Shown piece after piece: positions 8,950 through 16,163 of a stretch of 28,060 nt of DNA; the first letter of the stretch is position 1; every line of letters begins with the position of its first letter. The stretch is from a virus (taxonomy: Duplodnaviria; Caudoviricetes): the IMG/VR virus record IMGVR_UViG_3300027586_000038, positions 1 through 28,060 of that record. One strand, 5' to 3'. The notes beneath the pieces are model-generated. The model saw only the letters and a program-made list of their open reading frames with translations. It had not been told where the DNA came from and searched no databases. The position numbers and the translations under genes were made by a program.

Positions 8950-9705
8950 ATGCACTACTACCAATTTAACATCGGTGACTACCAGTCCCACACGGCACAC
9001 CTTGAGCCGCTTGAGGACTTGACCTACAGGCGCTTGCTTGATTGGTACTACCTCCACGAAACACCCATACCCACTGATTTAACTCAGGTTGCACGACAAA
9101 TTAGGATGCGTTCGCATAGCGAGTGCATTGCAACCGTATTGCAAGAGTATTTCGAGTGCACTGATGCGGGGTGGGTGCATCACAGGGCAAACAAGGAAAT
9201 AGCCAAGACAGGTGAAAAGTCTGAGAAGGCAAGTGCAAGCGCTAAAGTCAGGTGGGATAAGGTCAAAGATGCGAACGCATTGCCAACGCAATCCGATAGC
9301 AATGCTACACATAACACAGAACACAAGACACAAGACACAATTAAAGAAGCTAAAGCTTCTTTGTCGGTAGCTTCGCTCCCAACCTGCCCGCATAAGGAAA
9401 TTTTGAAGCTTTGGCAAACCAAGTTACCGAACCTTGTTCAACCAAGGGTATGGGAGGGAGCTAGGCAGGCTTCTTTGCGGCAAAGATGGATTCAGGCATC
9501 CAAGCCCTCGGAATTCTCAAAAAAGGGATATAGCACCGTTCCTGAGGGTTTGACATGGTGGTCAAGCTTCTTTGATTACATAGCCGATGACACCAAGCTG
9601 GCTAAGGGCTTTGAAACTAACGGGCGAGTGTGGGTGCCCGATCTTGAGTGGGTGGTCAATGCGACCAATTTTCAAAAAATCATTGATGGAAAGTACAACA
9701 AATGA
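8950..9705 (+). CDS. Replication initiator (lambda O-like), DUF1376/YdaU N-terminal domain
   Basis: MHYYQFNIGDY...YRRLLDWYYLHETPIP, internal iteron-like repeats, C-terminal DLEWVVNATNFQKIIDGKY motif. Confidence 0.85.
   Translation: MHYYQFNIGDYQSHTAHLEPLEDLTYRRLLDWYYLHETPIPTDLTQVARQIRMRSHSECIATVLQEYFECTDAGWVHHRANKEIAKTGEKSEKASASAKVRWDKVKDANALPTQSDSNATHNTEHKTQDTIKEAKASLSVASLPTCPHKEILKLWQTKLPNLVQPRVWEGARQASLRQRWIQASKPSEFSKKGYSTVPEGLTWWSSFFDYIADDTKLAKGFETNGRVWVPDLEWVVNATNFQKIIDGKYNK
9269..9341 (+). repeat. Putative replication origin: three 11-bp iterons plus five ACACAnn 7-mers
   Basis: ATGCGAACGCA/TTGCCAACGCA/ATCCGATAGCA, then ACACATA ACACAGA ACACAAG ACACAAG ACACAAT, inside the initiator gene as in lambdoid phages. 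Confidence 0.7.
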
Positions 9706-9935
9706 GCTTCGAGAAACCAAAAGACAAGTTTGACATTGACGCGTTTGAGGGCAAATCCTTGATGTGCCAAGTAGCTGGATGCGGCAAGCCTTGGTCAGTC
9801 AACATGGGCTGGCGCAAGTGCTCAGCGCATGCGTGGGGCAAGGATCCTGATTATGGGCTTTCATCAGTTCCAAAGGTTGCCTTTAAGCATCCACCCGTTA
9901 AGCCTTTCAGCGAAATTGACGACGAGCCGTTCTGA
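9702..9935 (+). CDS. Small putative Zn-binding protein with acidic SSB-like tail
   Basis: C-x4-C...C-x2-H, ends EIDDEPF, ATGA-coupled to the initiator. Confidence 0.7.
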   Translation: MSFEKPKDKFDIDAFEGKSLMCQVAGCGKPWSVNMGWRKCSAHAWGKDPDYGLSSVPKVAFKHPPVKPFSEIDDEPF

Positions 9936-10195
9936 TGCCTTACGCAAAACCAAACTTGGATCAAGGAGTTCTTTTTGGCGAGCAAGAAGCTTGGAGAGAA
10001 GAATGGCAAGGTATGCCTGAGTTTGAACAAAAAAACTTGTTGCCGGAATATTCTGTGCGAATCAATTTTGCTACATATGAAGACATGCAAAATTTTGCAT
10101 CCATGATTGGTCAAACCATTTCAGCCAAAACGCAATCCATTTGGTATCCCAAGCAGATGCGGGAAGACCTTTCGGGGAAGCGATATGTTGAATAA
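9935..10195 (+). CDS. Small partner protein of the glycosyltransferase
   Basis: EWQGMPEF...F...IGQ...KTQSIWYP pattern, which I recall upstream of phage TAGT-like genes; coupled on both sides. Confidence 0.7.
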   Translation: MPYAKPNLDQGVLFGEQEAWREEWQGMPEFEQKNLLPEYSVRINFATYEDMQNFASMIGQTISAKTQSIWYPKQMREDLSGKRYVE

Positions 10196-11051
10196 ATACC
10201 CTATCTACATTGTTTCTAAAGGGCGGTGGGATAAACGCCTGACGGCAAACTCTCTTGACGAAATGGGTGTGGATTACAAAATAATTGTTGAAAAACAAGA
10301 GTTTGAAAATTACGCAAACGCAGTGGGTGAATCAAAGGTTTTGATTCTTCCGCAATTGTATTTGGATGAGTACGTTACATGTGATGAGTTGGGTGACAAC
10401 AAGGGTAAAGGCCCCGGGGCGGCTCGTAATTTTGCCCTTGACCACAGCAATGCTGAGCGTCATTGGGTCATGGACGACAACATGGATGGCTTTTACCGCC
10501 TAAACCAAAATTTAAAAATCAAATGTTTGACTCCCTCAATTTTTAGAGCGGCTGAGGATTTTGTTGACAGGTATGAAAACGTCCCGCTGGCTGGATTTAA
10601 TTACGCCATGTTTGCCAAGCGCAAAGACAGCCTTCCTCCATTTGTTTTGAATACAAGAATCTACTCTTGCTTGTTGGTTAGCAATTCAATCAAGCATCGG
10701 TGGGAAGGGCGCTATAACGAAGACACTCACTTGTCCCTTAGGGTTCTAAAAGATGGGGATTGCACAATTCAATTTAATGCTTTTCTTGCGGATAAAGTAA
10801 GAACGCAAACCATGAAGGGCGGCAACACAGATATGTTTTACGCCAAAGAGGGCACATTAAACAAATCTCAGATGCTTGAGCAACTTCATGCAGATTGCGC
10901 AAGGGTGGTGTGGAAGTTTGATCGGTGGCATCATTTTGTTGACTACAACCAATTTAAAAAAAATAAATTGAAGCGCAAGGCAAGTTGGAATTACGTTGGC
11001 GTAAATAATTTTGGAATGAAACTTGTGAGGCGCACTGATGAACAAACATGA
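10185..11051 (+). CDS. TAGT/GREB1-like glycosyltransferase, putatively DNA base-modifying
   Basis: YPIYIVSKGR, ARNF, HWVMDDN, NTRIYSCLL, GRYNEDT and KGGNTD motifs; start moved to ATG 10185 after a GGGGAAG RBS. Confidence 0.75.
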   Translation: MLNKYPIYIVSKGRWDKRLTANSLDEMGVDYKIIVEKQEFENYANAVGESKVLILPQLYLDEYVTCDELGDNKGKGPGAARNFALDHSNAERHWVMDDNMDGFYRLNQNLKIKCLTPSIFRAAEDFVDRYENVPLAGFNYAMFAKRKDSLPPFVLNTRIYSCLLVSNSIKHRWEGRYNEDTHLSLRVLKDGDCTIQFNAFLADKVRTQTMKGGNTDMFYAKEGTLNKSQMLEQLHADCARVVWKFDRWHHFVDYNQFKKNKLKRKASWNYVGVNNFGMKLVRRTDEQT

Positions 11052-11250
11052 AGCGAACCAAATCCTCGACAAAGCCCGCGAAGGTGAACCTTGCCCCGAG
11101 GATTTCATTACTCTCCTCCTCCATATCACAGGAGACCTTGGAGCACATGCGCCAATGCGAAGCAAGGGAATGGATGTCGAGGCGTCTGCGCAAGATTGGC
11201 GAGGTCGGGTTAGACAACGCGCTATTGTGGTGGGCAGGAGTCAAGCATGA
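11038..11250 (+). CDS. Phage hypothetical protein, 70 aa
   Basis: GAGG RBS, overlaps the glycosyltransferase stop, ANQILDKAREG...ITGDL pattern. Confidence 0.55.
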   Translation: MNKHEANQILDKAREGEPCPEDFITLLLHITGDLGAHAPMRSKGMDVEASAQDWRGRVRQRAIVVGRSQA

Positions 11251-11329
11251 CATTGATAAGCGTCGAGGAGTTGGAGCAAGCGCTGATCTTGTTAAAAGAA
11301 TGGAGATTGAACGTGCAAAAACAAAATGA
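11147..11329 (+). CDS. Phage hypothetical protein, about 60 aa (RQCEAREW...KRRG)
   Basis: GGAG RBS before ATG 11147; resembles small phage proteins found just upstream of rusA. Confidence 0.55.
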   Translation: MRQCEAREWMSRRLRKIGEVGLDNALLWWAGVKHDIDKRRGVGASADLVKRMEIERAKTK

Positions 11330-11672
11330 AATTGTGTTGCCATGGCCCCCAAGCGTGAACAGGTATTGGCGAACCTTTCAGGGGCGCATGATCATCAGCC
11401 AAGAAGGGCGTGCATATCGTGAGGCTGTCACCGCGTTGTTGATGGATCGAGGAGTGGCGCCAATCAAAGGTAAGTTGATTGTTGAGATTGAAGCATGGCG
11501 TCCTGACAACCGCGTGCGCGACTTGGACAACCTGCTCAAGGCTACGTTGGACTCGTTGACACATGCGGGCATCTACAACGACGACAGTCAAATCGTTGAC
11601 TTAAGAATTTATTGGGCAGTAGAAAAAGGGGGTATGTTAAAAATTTGGTTGAAGGAGGTGCTGAATGATTGA
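11313..11672 (+). CDS. rusA: RusA-family Holliday junction resolvase
   Basis: LPWPPSVNRYWR, RDLDNLLKATLDSL and DDSQI motifs; likely start is GTG 11313 (GGAG RBS), alternative ATG 11247. Confidence 0.9.
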   Translation: MQKQNEIVLPWPPSVNRYWRTFQGRMIISQEGRAYREAVTALLMDRGVAPIKGKLIVEIEAWRPDNRVRDLDNLLKATLDSLTHAGIYNDDSQIVDLRIYWAVEKGGMLKIWLKEVLND

Positions 11673-11778
11673 TATAGCAATAAACGTTGTGCTTGTAACT
11701 GGTGTGCTTGTTTGGTCATTCATTTTGATAGCAGTTATGGTTTTTATATTCACAATTATTTTTGGAGCGAAACGATGA
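11665..11778 (+). CDS. 37-aa hydrophobic membrane peptide (absent from the ORF track)
   Basis: AAGGAGGTG RBS; MIDIAINVVLVTGVLVWSFILIAVMVFIFTIIFGAKR; ATGA-coupled to the next gene. Confidence 0.75.
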   Translation: MIDIAINVVLVTGVLVWSFILIAVMVFIFTIIFGAKR

Positions 11779-12107
11779 GCGAAGACAGAGATCCACATAA
11801 AGCAGTTGATTTTATTCTTGTGCATGCCGAAAAGTTTGCCATAGCAAAAGCAAAGCGCACCATGTTGGAGTATTACTCGAAGTCTCTTAAGTCGAGACTG
11901 ATGATTGAAAGTGGGCAAAAAGTAATTTCAGCACAAGAGCGTGACGCGTATGCCCATGAAGAATACAAGGTGTTTGTTAAGGGCATTCAAGAGGCAACCG
12001 AGATAGAAGAACAACTTCGATGGAAGTTAAAAGCCGCTGAGCTTCGCGTTGAAATATGGCGCACTGAACAAGCGAATGCAAGACAAGAGTTTAGGGTGAC
12101 GGTATGA
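11775..12107 (+). CDS. Helical phage hypothetical protein
   Basis: Start moved to MSEDRDPHKAVDF (GGAG RBS, ATGA overlap); AQERDAYAH and EIWRT motifs. Confidence 0.75.
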   Translation: MSEDRDPHKAVDFILVHAEKFAIAKAKRTMLEYYSKSLKSRLMIESGQKVISAQERDAYAHEEYKVFVKGIQEATEIEEQLRWKLKAAELRVEIWRTEQANARQEFRVTV

Positions 12108-12541
12108 ACGAGCTTGACCCCGAAGACGAAGCATTCAACGATATTGAGCGTATGTCAAACATAAGAAAAGAGAGCGTGAAGATGACAATGTTGAAACCAA
12201 AAACAGCAGAAGAGTTTTACAACGAATTACGCGAAAAAGCTCTTAACGAGGTTCGGGTTGAATATGAAGAGAGGCTTGATAAGGCGTATGGGGAGGCAAA
12301 AAAAATAATACTTGGATTGCGCGACGACGTTGCCAGTTTAGAGTTTAAGGTGTTGATGCTACAGATGGAGGTAACGCGATGCCATAAAAATGAAAAATTG
12401 GAAAACGAAAACAACTTGCAGTTTGAAAAATGGACTGAAGAATTTTTTATTGTTCACGGTTTATCAAAATACATTGAGCCGCTTAACAATTATTTGATTG
12501 AAAAAATTTCAAACAATGGAAAACAAGAGGACGAAGCATGA
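12104..12541 (+). CDS. Hypothetical coiled-coil protein
   Basis: ATGA coupling at both ends. Confidence 0.65.
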   Translation: MNELDPEDEAFNDIERMSNIRKESVKMTMLKPKTAEEFYNELREKALNEVRVEYEERLDKAYGEAKKIILGLRDDVASLEFKVLMLQMEVTRCHKNEKLENENNLQFEKWTEEFFIVHGLSKYIEPLNNYLIEKISNNGKQEDEA

Positions 12542-12699
12542 TTGAAGAAGATGATGACATTCAAGACTACAAGAAGCCGTGGGTAGGGCTGACGCTAGAA
12601 GAGCAAACTAAGTTGTTTGAGGGCGATTGGGACGAACACGACGGCTGGGGGGTACTTTATGAAGCTATTGAAGCCAAACTTAAGGAGAAGAACACATGA
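12538..12699 (+). CDS. 53-aa protein of the WVGLTxEE...AIEAKLKEKNT type (absent from the ORF track)
   Basis: Hand translation; ATGA overlaps at both ends; motif familiar from aquatic phage genomes. Confidence 0.8.
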   Translation: MIEEDDDIQDYKKPWVGLTLEEQTKLFEGDWDEHDGWGVLYEAIEAKLKEKNT

Positions 12700-12875
12700 A
12701 AAAAGACAGAATTATTTTAGAGATTGAAAAGATAGTTGAAAACTGCATAGCCGTAAGAGAGGAAGACATCAACAAGGAAGTTACCTCACTGGCTCAATTG
12801 GTAATTAGAGATTGCAACGTTTTAATTAAAAAAATTAAACATGAACATTTGGAGGTGATCAATGGGGTTTCGTGA
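12696..12875 (+). CDS. Hypothetical protein, 59 aa (absent from the ORF track)
   Basis: AAGGAG RBS, MKKDRIILEIEK..., fills the operon gap. Confidence 0.65.
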   Translation: MKKDRIILEIEKIVENCIAVREEDINKEVTSLAQLVIRDCNVLIKKIKHEHLEVINGVS

Positions 12876-13083
12876 CTCAACATTAAAGTATTTCAAAGAT
12901 GTATTGCGACAGCGGTTTATCAGAGAAGTCATTGCACTCGAGTTGAGAGACGCACATTTGCGCCTGCTTGAGGCAGAGACCGCCGCCGAGCATTCGCATG
13001 CACACATTCAATTTAACTCGGCACGCATAAAACGTTTGGAACAGCGCCTCCACCAGCACACGTTGGAGGGCGACTATGTATAG
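12862..13083 (+). CDS. Hypothetical helical protein, 73 aa
   Basis: GGAGGTG RBS. Confidence 0.7.
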   Translation: MGFRDSTLKYFKDVLRQRFIREVIALELRDAHLRLLEAETAAEHSHAHIQFNSARIKRLEQRLHQHTLEGDYV

Positions 13084-13222
13084 CCTATTCAAATGGGTGT
13101 GGCTTGCATCAGGTTACGAGCAAAAGTATTTTGATACCGAAGCCGATGCAATGGAAACAAAACGCATTTGGGGTGGCGAGGTTTTCCCCCTTTACCGAAA
13201 GACAAATGATGCCAAGACCTAA
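13076..13222 (+). CDS. Hypothetical protein, 48 aa (absent from the ORF track)
   Basis: GGAGG RBS; MYSLFKWVWL...GGEVFPLYRKTNDAKT. Confidence 0.6.
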   Translation: MYSLFKWVWLASGYEQKYFDTEADAMETKRIWGGEVFPLYRKTNDAKT

Positions 13223-13382
13223 AAGCGAATACACCAAAAGCGGCAAAACAATTGCGTTACGCGCAACCATAAGCGAGTGGGAGGAGTGGATGCGATTGGG
13301 TGGCGCCAAGTGGTTGCGCCCTATGCTACGAGAGAGCATGGCGGCTAAGCAAAAGCCCACCAGTAAGGAGCCTAAGCAATGA
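13209..13382 (+). CDS. Small ribbon-helix-helix-like DNA-binding protein
   Basis: MPRPKSE...TIALRATISEWEEWMRLGGAKWLR; start moved downstream of the track's call. Confidence 0.6.
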   Translation: MPRPKSEYTKSGKTIALRATISEWEEWMRLGGAKWLRPMLRESMAAKQKPTSKEPKQ

Positions 13383-13687
13383 CAACAATTGCAGAGAAAA
13401 AGCACATGGACAGGGTGGCTTATCTAGGGTGCGTGGTATGCCGCCGCATGGGGTACGAGGGCACTCCTGCTGAGTTGCATCACCCAAGAGCAGGAACAGG
13501 GGCAGGAAGGCGCTCTAGCCATATGGACGTCATTCCCCTATGCCCCGAGCACCACCGAGGCAAGACGGGCTTGCACGGGCTTGGAACCAAGGGGTTTGTC
13601 AAACACTACGGGTACACCGAGGCTGATTTGCTGGATGACACACAAATTTTGTTAGATTTGGAGAAAAACAACAGAATTATAAAATAA
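13379..13687 (+). CDS. Ref-like (RecA-dependent nuclease/DUF968-type) HNH protein
   Basis: CVVC, ELHHPR and IPLCPEHH...GLH motifs; AAGGAG RBS. Confidence 0.8.
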   Translation: MTTIAEKKHMDRVAYLGCVVCRRMGYEGTPAELHHPRAGTGAGRRSSHMDVIPLCPEHHRGKTGLHGLGTKGFVKHYGYTEADLLDDTQILLDLEKNNRIIK

Positions 13688-13690
13688 TCA

Positions 13691-13764
13691 TGTCAACCAA
13701 CACAAAACCTGTTGCGTTGTTTATCTTGGAGTTATACTTCAATCCTCTAAACCAACAGCGAAAG
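13691..13764 (+). promoter_or_regulatory. Promoter (TGTCAACC box, TTGCGT, GTTATACT, CAACAGCGAA)
   Basis: Shares boxes with the elements at 14524 and 16087; TATACT is a good -10. Confidence 0.65.
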
Positions 13765-13771
13765 AAACACC

Positions 13772-14086
13772 ATGAACAACGACCTTACACTCAACAGCGT
13801 AGACACCCTCGGCGCTCTCTTGGCTCAAATTGCCGATTTGACAGCGCAAGCTGATGCCATCAAAGACAACATCAAAGACCTTGGCTCAAAGGGTCTCCTG
13901 CCAACCAAGGCCTCAGGCAAAAAGACAGTGCAATTCCTCGAGGGTGCGCTGTTCAGCGCCACTTACAGCGAGTCCAACAAAACTTTGTTTGACAAAGAAA
14001 AGTTTGTTGCTGAGTTTGGCGAAGAAAAATACTTGGCATACACCAAGATTTCTGCTTCTTTTTCTGTCAAAGTAACATCACGTTAA
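13772..14086 (+). CDS. Phage hypothetical protein, 104 aa (N-terminal coiled coil)
   Basis: VDTLGALLAQIADLTAQADAIKD; directly follows the promoter. Confidence 0.8.
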   Translation: MNNDLTLNSVDTLGALLAQIADLTAQADAIKDNIKDLGSKGLLPTKASGKKTVQFLEGALFSATYSESNKTLFDKEKFVAEFGEEKYLAYTKISASFSVKVTSR

Positions 14087-14093
14087 TCAGGGG

Positions 14094-14519
14094 GTGACAA
14101 TGGACAAATCAGAATTCAACCGCCGCGTCAACCAAGACATTCGCGCCTTGATCCAGCCCAATACAGAGCTTGATCATCTGTTGCTGGATAACAACGTTAT
14201 GATTTGCAAGCATTGCGGTTTCGAACAGCAGATCAAGATGGGCGTAACCTCATTTGATGATCTTGACGACACATTTGCCAAGTTTCAGAGCGTCCACAAG
14301 CATTGCGAAAAGCCCGTAGTCACAACTACGCGCAAGGCAATTACTGAGCTTAATGAAATTGCTAAGCAGGCTTTGATTAACGCCGTGAACGACGGCTACC
14401 ACTCGGGCTTTGACCACGGGTGTGATTACATCCTGCATGAAGCAGAATACTGGGTGCGCGAGGACAAGGGCACCTTGGCTGACTTTGTGGTTTATTTAAA
14501 AGATTTTAAAAAAAGTTGA
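14094..14519 (+). CDS. Hypothetical protein with CxxC...HxxC putative Zn site
   Basis: CKHC...HKHC; likely start ATG 14100 after GGGGG. Confidence 0.7.
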   Translation: MTMDKSEFNRRVNQDIRALIQPNTELDHLLLDNNVMICKHCGFEQQIKMGVTSFDDLDDTFAKFQSVHKHCEKPVVTTTRKAITELNEIAKQALINAVNDGYHSGFDHGCDYILHEAEYWVREDKGTLADFVVYLKDFKKS

Positions 14520-14523
14520 AACC

Positions 14524-14572
14524 TTGTCAACCGATTCGGTTTCAATTGCGTTATAGTATGGTCTCAGGACAA
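14524..14572 (+). repeat. Promoter-containing direct repeat, copy A (49 bp)
   Basis: 45/49 identical to 16087-16135 by manual alignment; contains the palindrome AACCGA-T-TCGGTT and GTTATAGTATGGT. Confidence 0.9.
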
Positions 14573-14609
14573 AACAGTTAACTTTTTCAACAACAGCGAA
14601 GGATCTAAA

Positions 14610-15464
14610 ATGTACCGTTATGCAAAATCTACCCCTTTCCAAGGCCACCGTTCAAACCAGCCTTTGACCAATGACCAAATTGCTTACTACGCCCCCAGCG
14701 TAGTGGCTGATGGTGCCCATGAGTCACGCGGTGACCGCTATACATTCATCCCTACCATTGCAGTGATCGACGGTCTGCGCCGCGAGGGCTTTCAGCCCTT
14801 TGAGGTTCAGCAAACCCGTGTACGCGACATCAGCAAGCGTGAGCACACCAAGCACATGGTTCGCCTGCGCCACGCCGATGCCGCCGCCTCTGACGGTGAA
14901 GTGGGCGAGATCATCCTGCTCAATAGCCACGACGGTAGCTCCAGCTACCAGTTGTTGTCAGGCTTCTTCCGTTTTGTTTGCAACAACGGCTTGATTGCCG
15001 GCGACGTGACCAACGACATCCGCGTGCGCCACAGCGGCAACGTAGTGGACAACGTTATCGAGGGCGCCACACGTATCCTCGACGACCTGCAAGTGGCTCA
15101 GGAGCGCTTGGAGACATTCAAGTCAATCACCCTGTCCCCTGACGAGCAGACCCTGTTTGCTAACGCCGCCCTGTCCCTGCGCTGGGAGCAAGATCAAGCC
15201 CCTGTGACTGCTGACCGCGTGCTGATCCCTAACCGCTGGGATGACCGCAAGAACGACCTGTGGACAACGTTTAACCGCGTGCAAGAGTCCTTGGTCAAGG
15301 GTGGTGTACATGGACGCGCCAAGACAGGTCGCCGCCTGACTACACGCGCCGTGGGTGGCGTCAGCGAGAACGTCAAGCTCAACCGTGCTCTGTGGTCATT
15401 GGCTGATGGCATGGCTAACCTGAAGCAAAATGTCATTGACATTGAGGAGCTTGTTGCCGCATAA
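14610..15464 (+). CDS. DUF932/DUF945-family protein (YubP/YafZ-like)
   Basis: APSV...HESRGDRYTFIPT, HTKHMVRLR, LLNSHDGSSSYQL, FRFVCNNGL, DLWTTFNRVQE and LNRALW motifs. Confidence 0.9.
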   Translation: MYRYAKSTPFQGHRSNQPLTNDQIAYYAPSVVADGAHESRGDRYTFIPTIAVIDGLRREGFQPFEVQQTRVRDISKREHTKHMVRLRHADAAASDGEVGEIILLNSHDGSSSYQLLSGFFRFVCNNGLIAGDVTNDIRVRHSGNVVDNVIEGATRILDDLQVAQERLETFKSITLSPDEQTLFANAALSLRWEQDQAPVTADRVLIPNRWDDRKNDLWTTFNRVQESLVKGGVHGRAKTGRRLTTRAVGGVSENVKLNRALWSLADGMANLKQNVIDIEELVAA

Positions 15465-15480
15465 GTCAAAGTAAAAGGTG

Positions 15481-15505
15481 GGGGGCTTTTGCCCCCTGTT
15501 TTTTT
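15481..15505 (+). terminator. Rho-independent terminator
   Basis: GGGGGC-TTTT-GCCCCC-TG-T7. Confidence 0.85.
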
Positions 15506-15529
15506 GCTGACAGAAACTAAACTTTAACC

Positions 15530-16081
15530 ATGCGAAGAATAACCCCCGAGGGCCCATTGCGAGACTTCCCACTTGAGGTGGGTACGCTTTGGCGCAGTCG
15601 CAATGACGAGCCCGAGCAAGAGGTGTTTGACCGCCTGCCTGAATGGATGAGGCCTCAGAGTGAGGACAGGGACACCCTAATTGATTTGGAGCGCCTTGTG
15701 CCCGCAATTTTGGAGGGCTTGCGCCCCAAGGAGCGAAAAGTGCTTTGGTACCGTTTTTGGGGTGATTTCACTCTTGACGAAACTGGCAAGGTGCTCGACG
15801 TTACAAAAGAACGAATACGGCAAATTGAAGCAAAGGCTTTGCGCAAGCTCAAGCACCCCACGCGCAGTGAATTGCTTCACCCATTTGTAGATCAGTGCCC
15901 TAAGCATCGGCGAATGATTCTAAAGAGTCAGGAGGTTTCGTCAGAGGTAAAATTAAAATTAGCGGAAGAGATGGCGCAAAAGTATCAGGACGTGCTAGAC
16001 GCTTTAGATCAAAAAGATAAGCGCCGAGCCATCAGGGCTGTGCTGGACGCTGAGTATCAAAATTGGTTGAAAAATAATTAA
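15530..16081 (+). CDS. Stand-alone sigma70 region-4 domain protein
   Basis: [13 protein letters not shown]...[41 protein letters not shown] closely matches the RpoD C-terminus; no region 2 seen. Confidence 0.9.
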   Translation: [183 protein letters not shown]

Positions 16082-16086
16082 AAATT

Positions 16087-16135
16087 TTGTCAACCAATTC
16101 GGTTTAAAATGCGTTATAGTATGGTCTCAAGACAA
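16087..16135 (+). repeat. Promoter-containing direct repeat, copy B (49 bp)
   Basis: Matches copy A; both are followed by CAACAGCGAAGGATyTAAAATG. Confidence 0.9.
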
Positions 16136-16163
16136 TTTAACAACCAACAGCGAAGGATTTAAA

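Noticed and set aside
10107-13208. ORF-track starts at 10107, 11712 and 13104
   Set aside because: The extensions overlap better-supported upstream ORFs; starts at 10185, 11775 and 13209 fit RBS or coupling patterns
15530-16081. Complete phage sigma factor
   Set aside because: No region 2 (core binding, -10 melting) is recognisable in the roughly 50 aa before region 4
14524-16135. Repeats as IS ends or att sites
   Set aside because: They are direct, promoter-like repeats, with no transposase or integrase in the window
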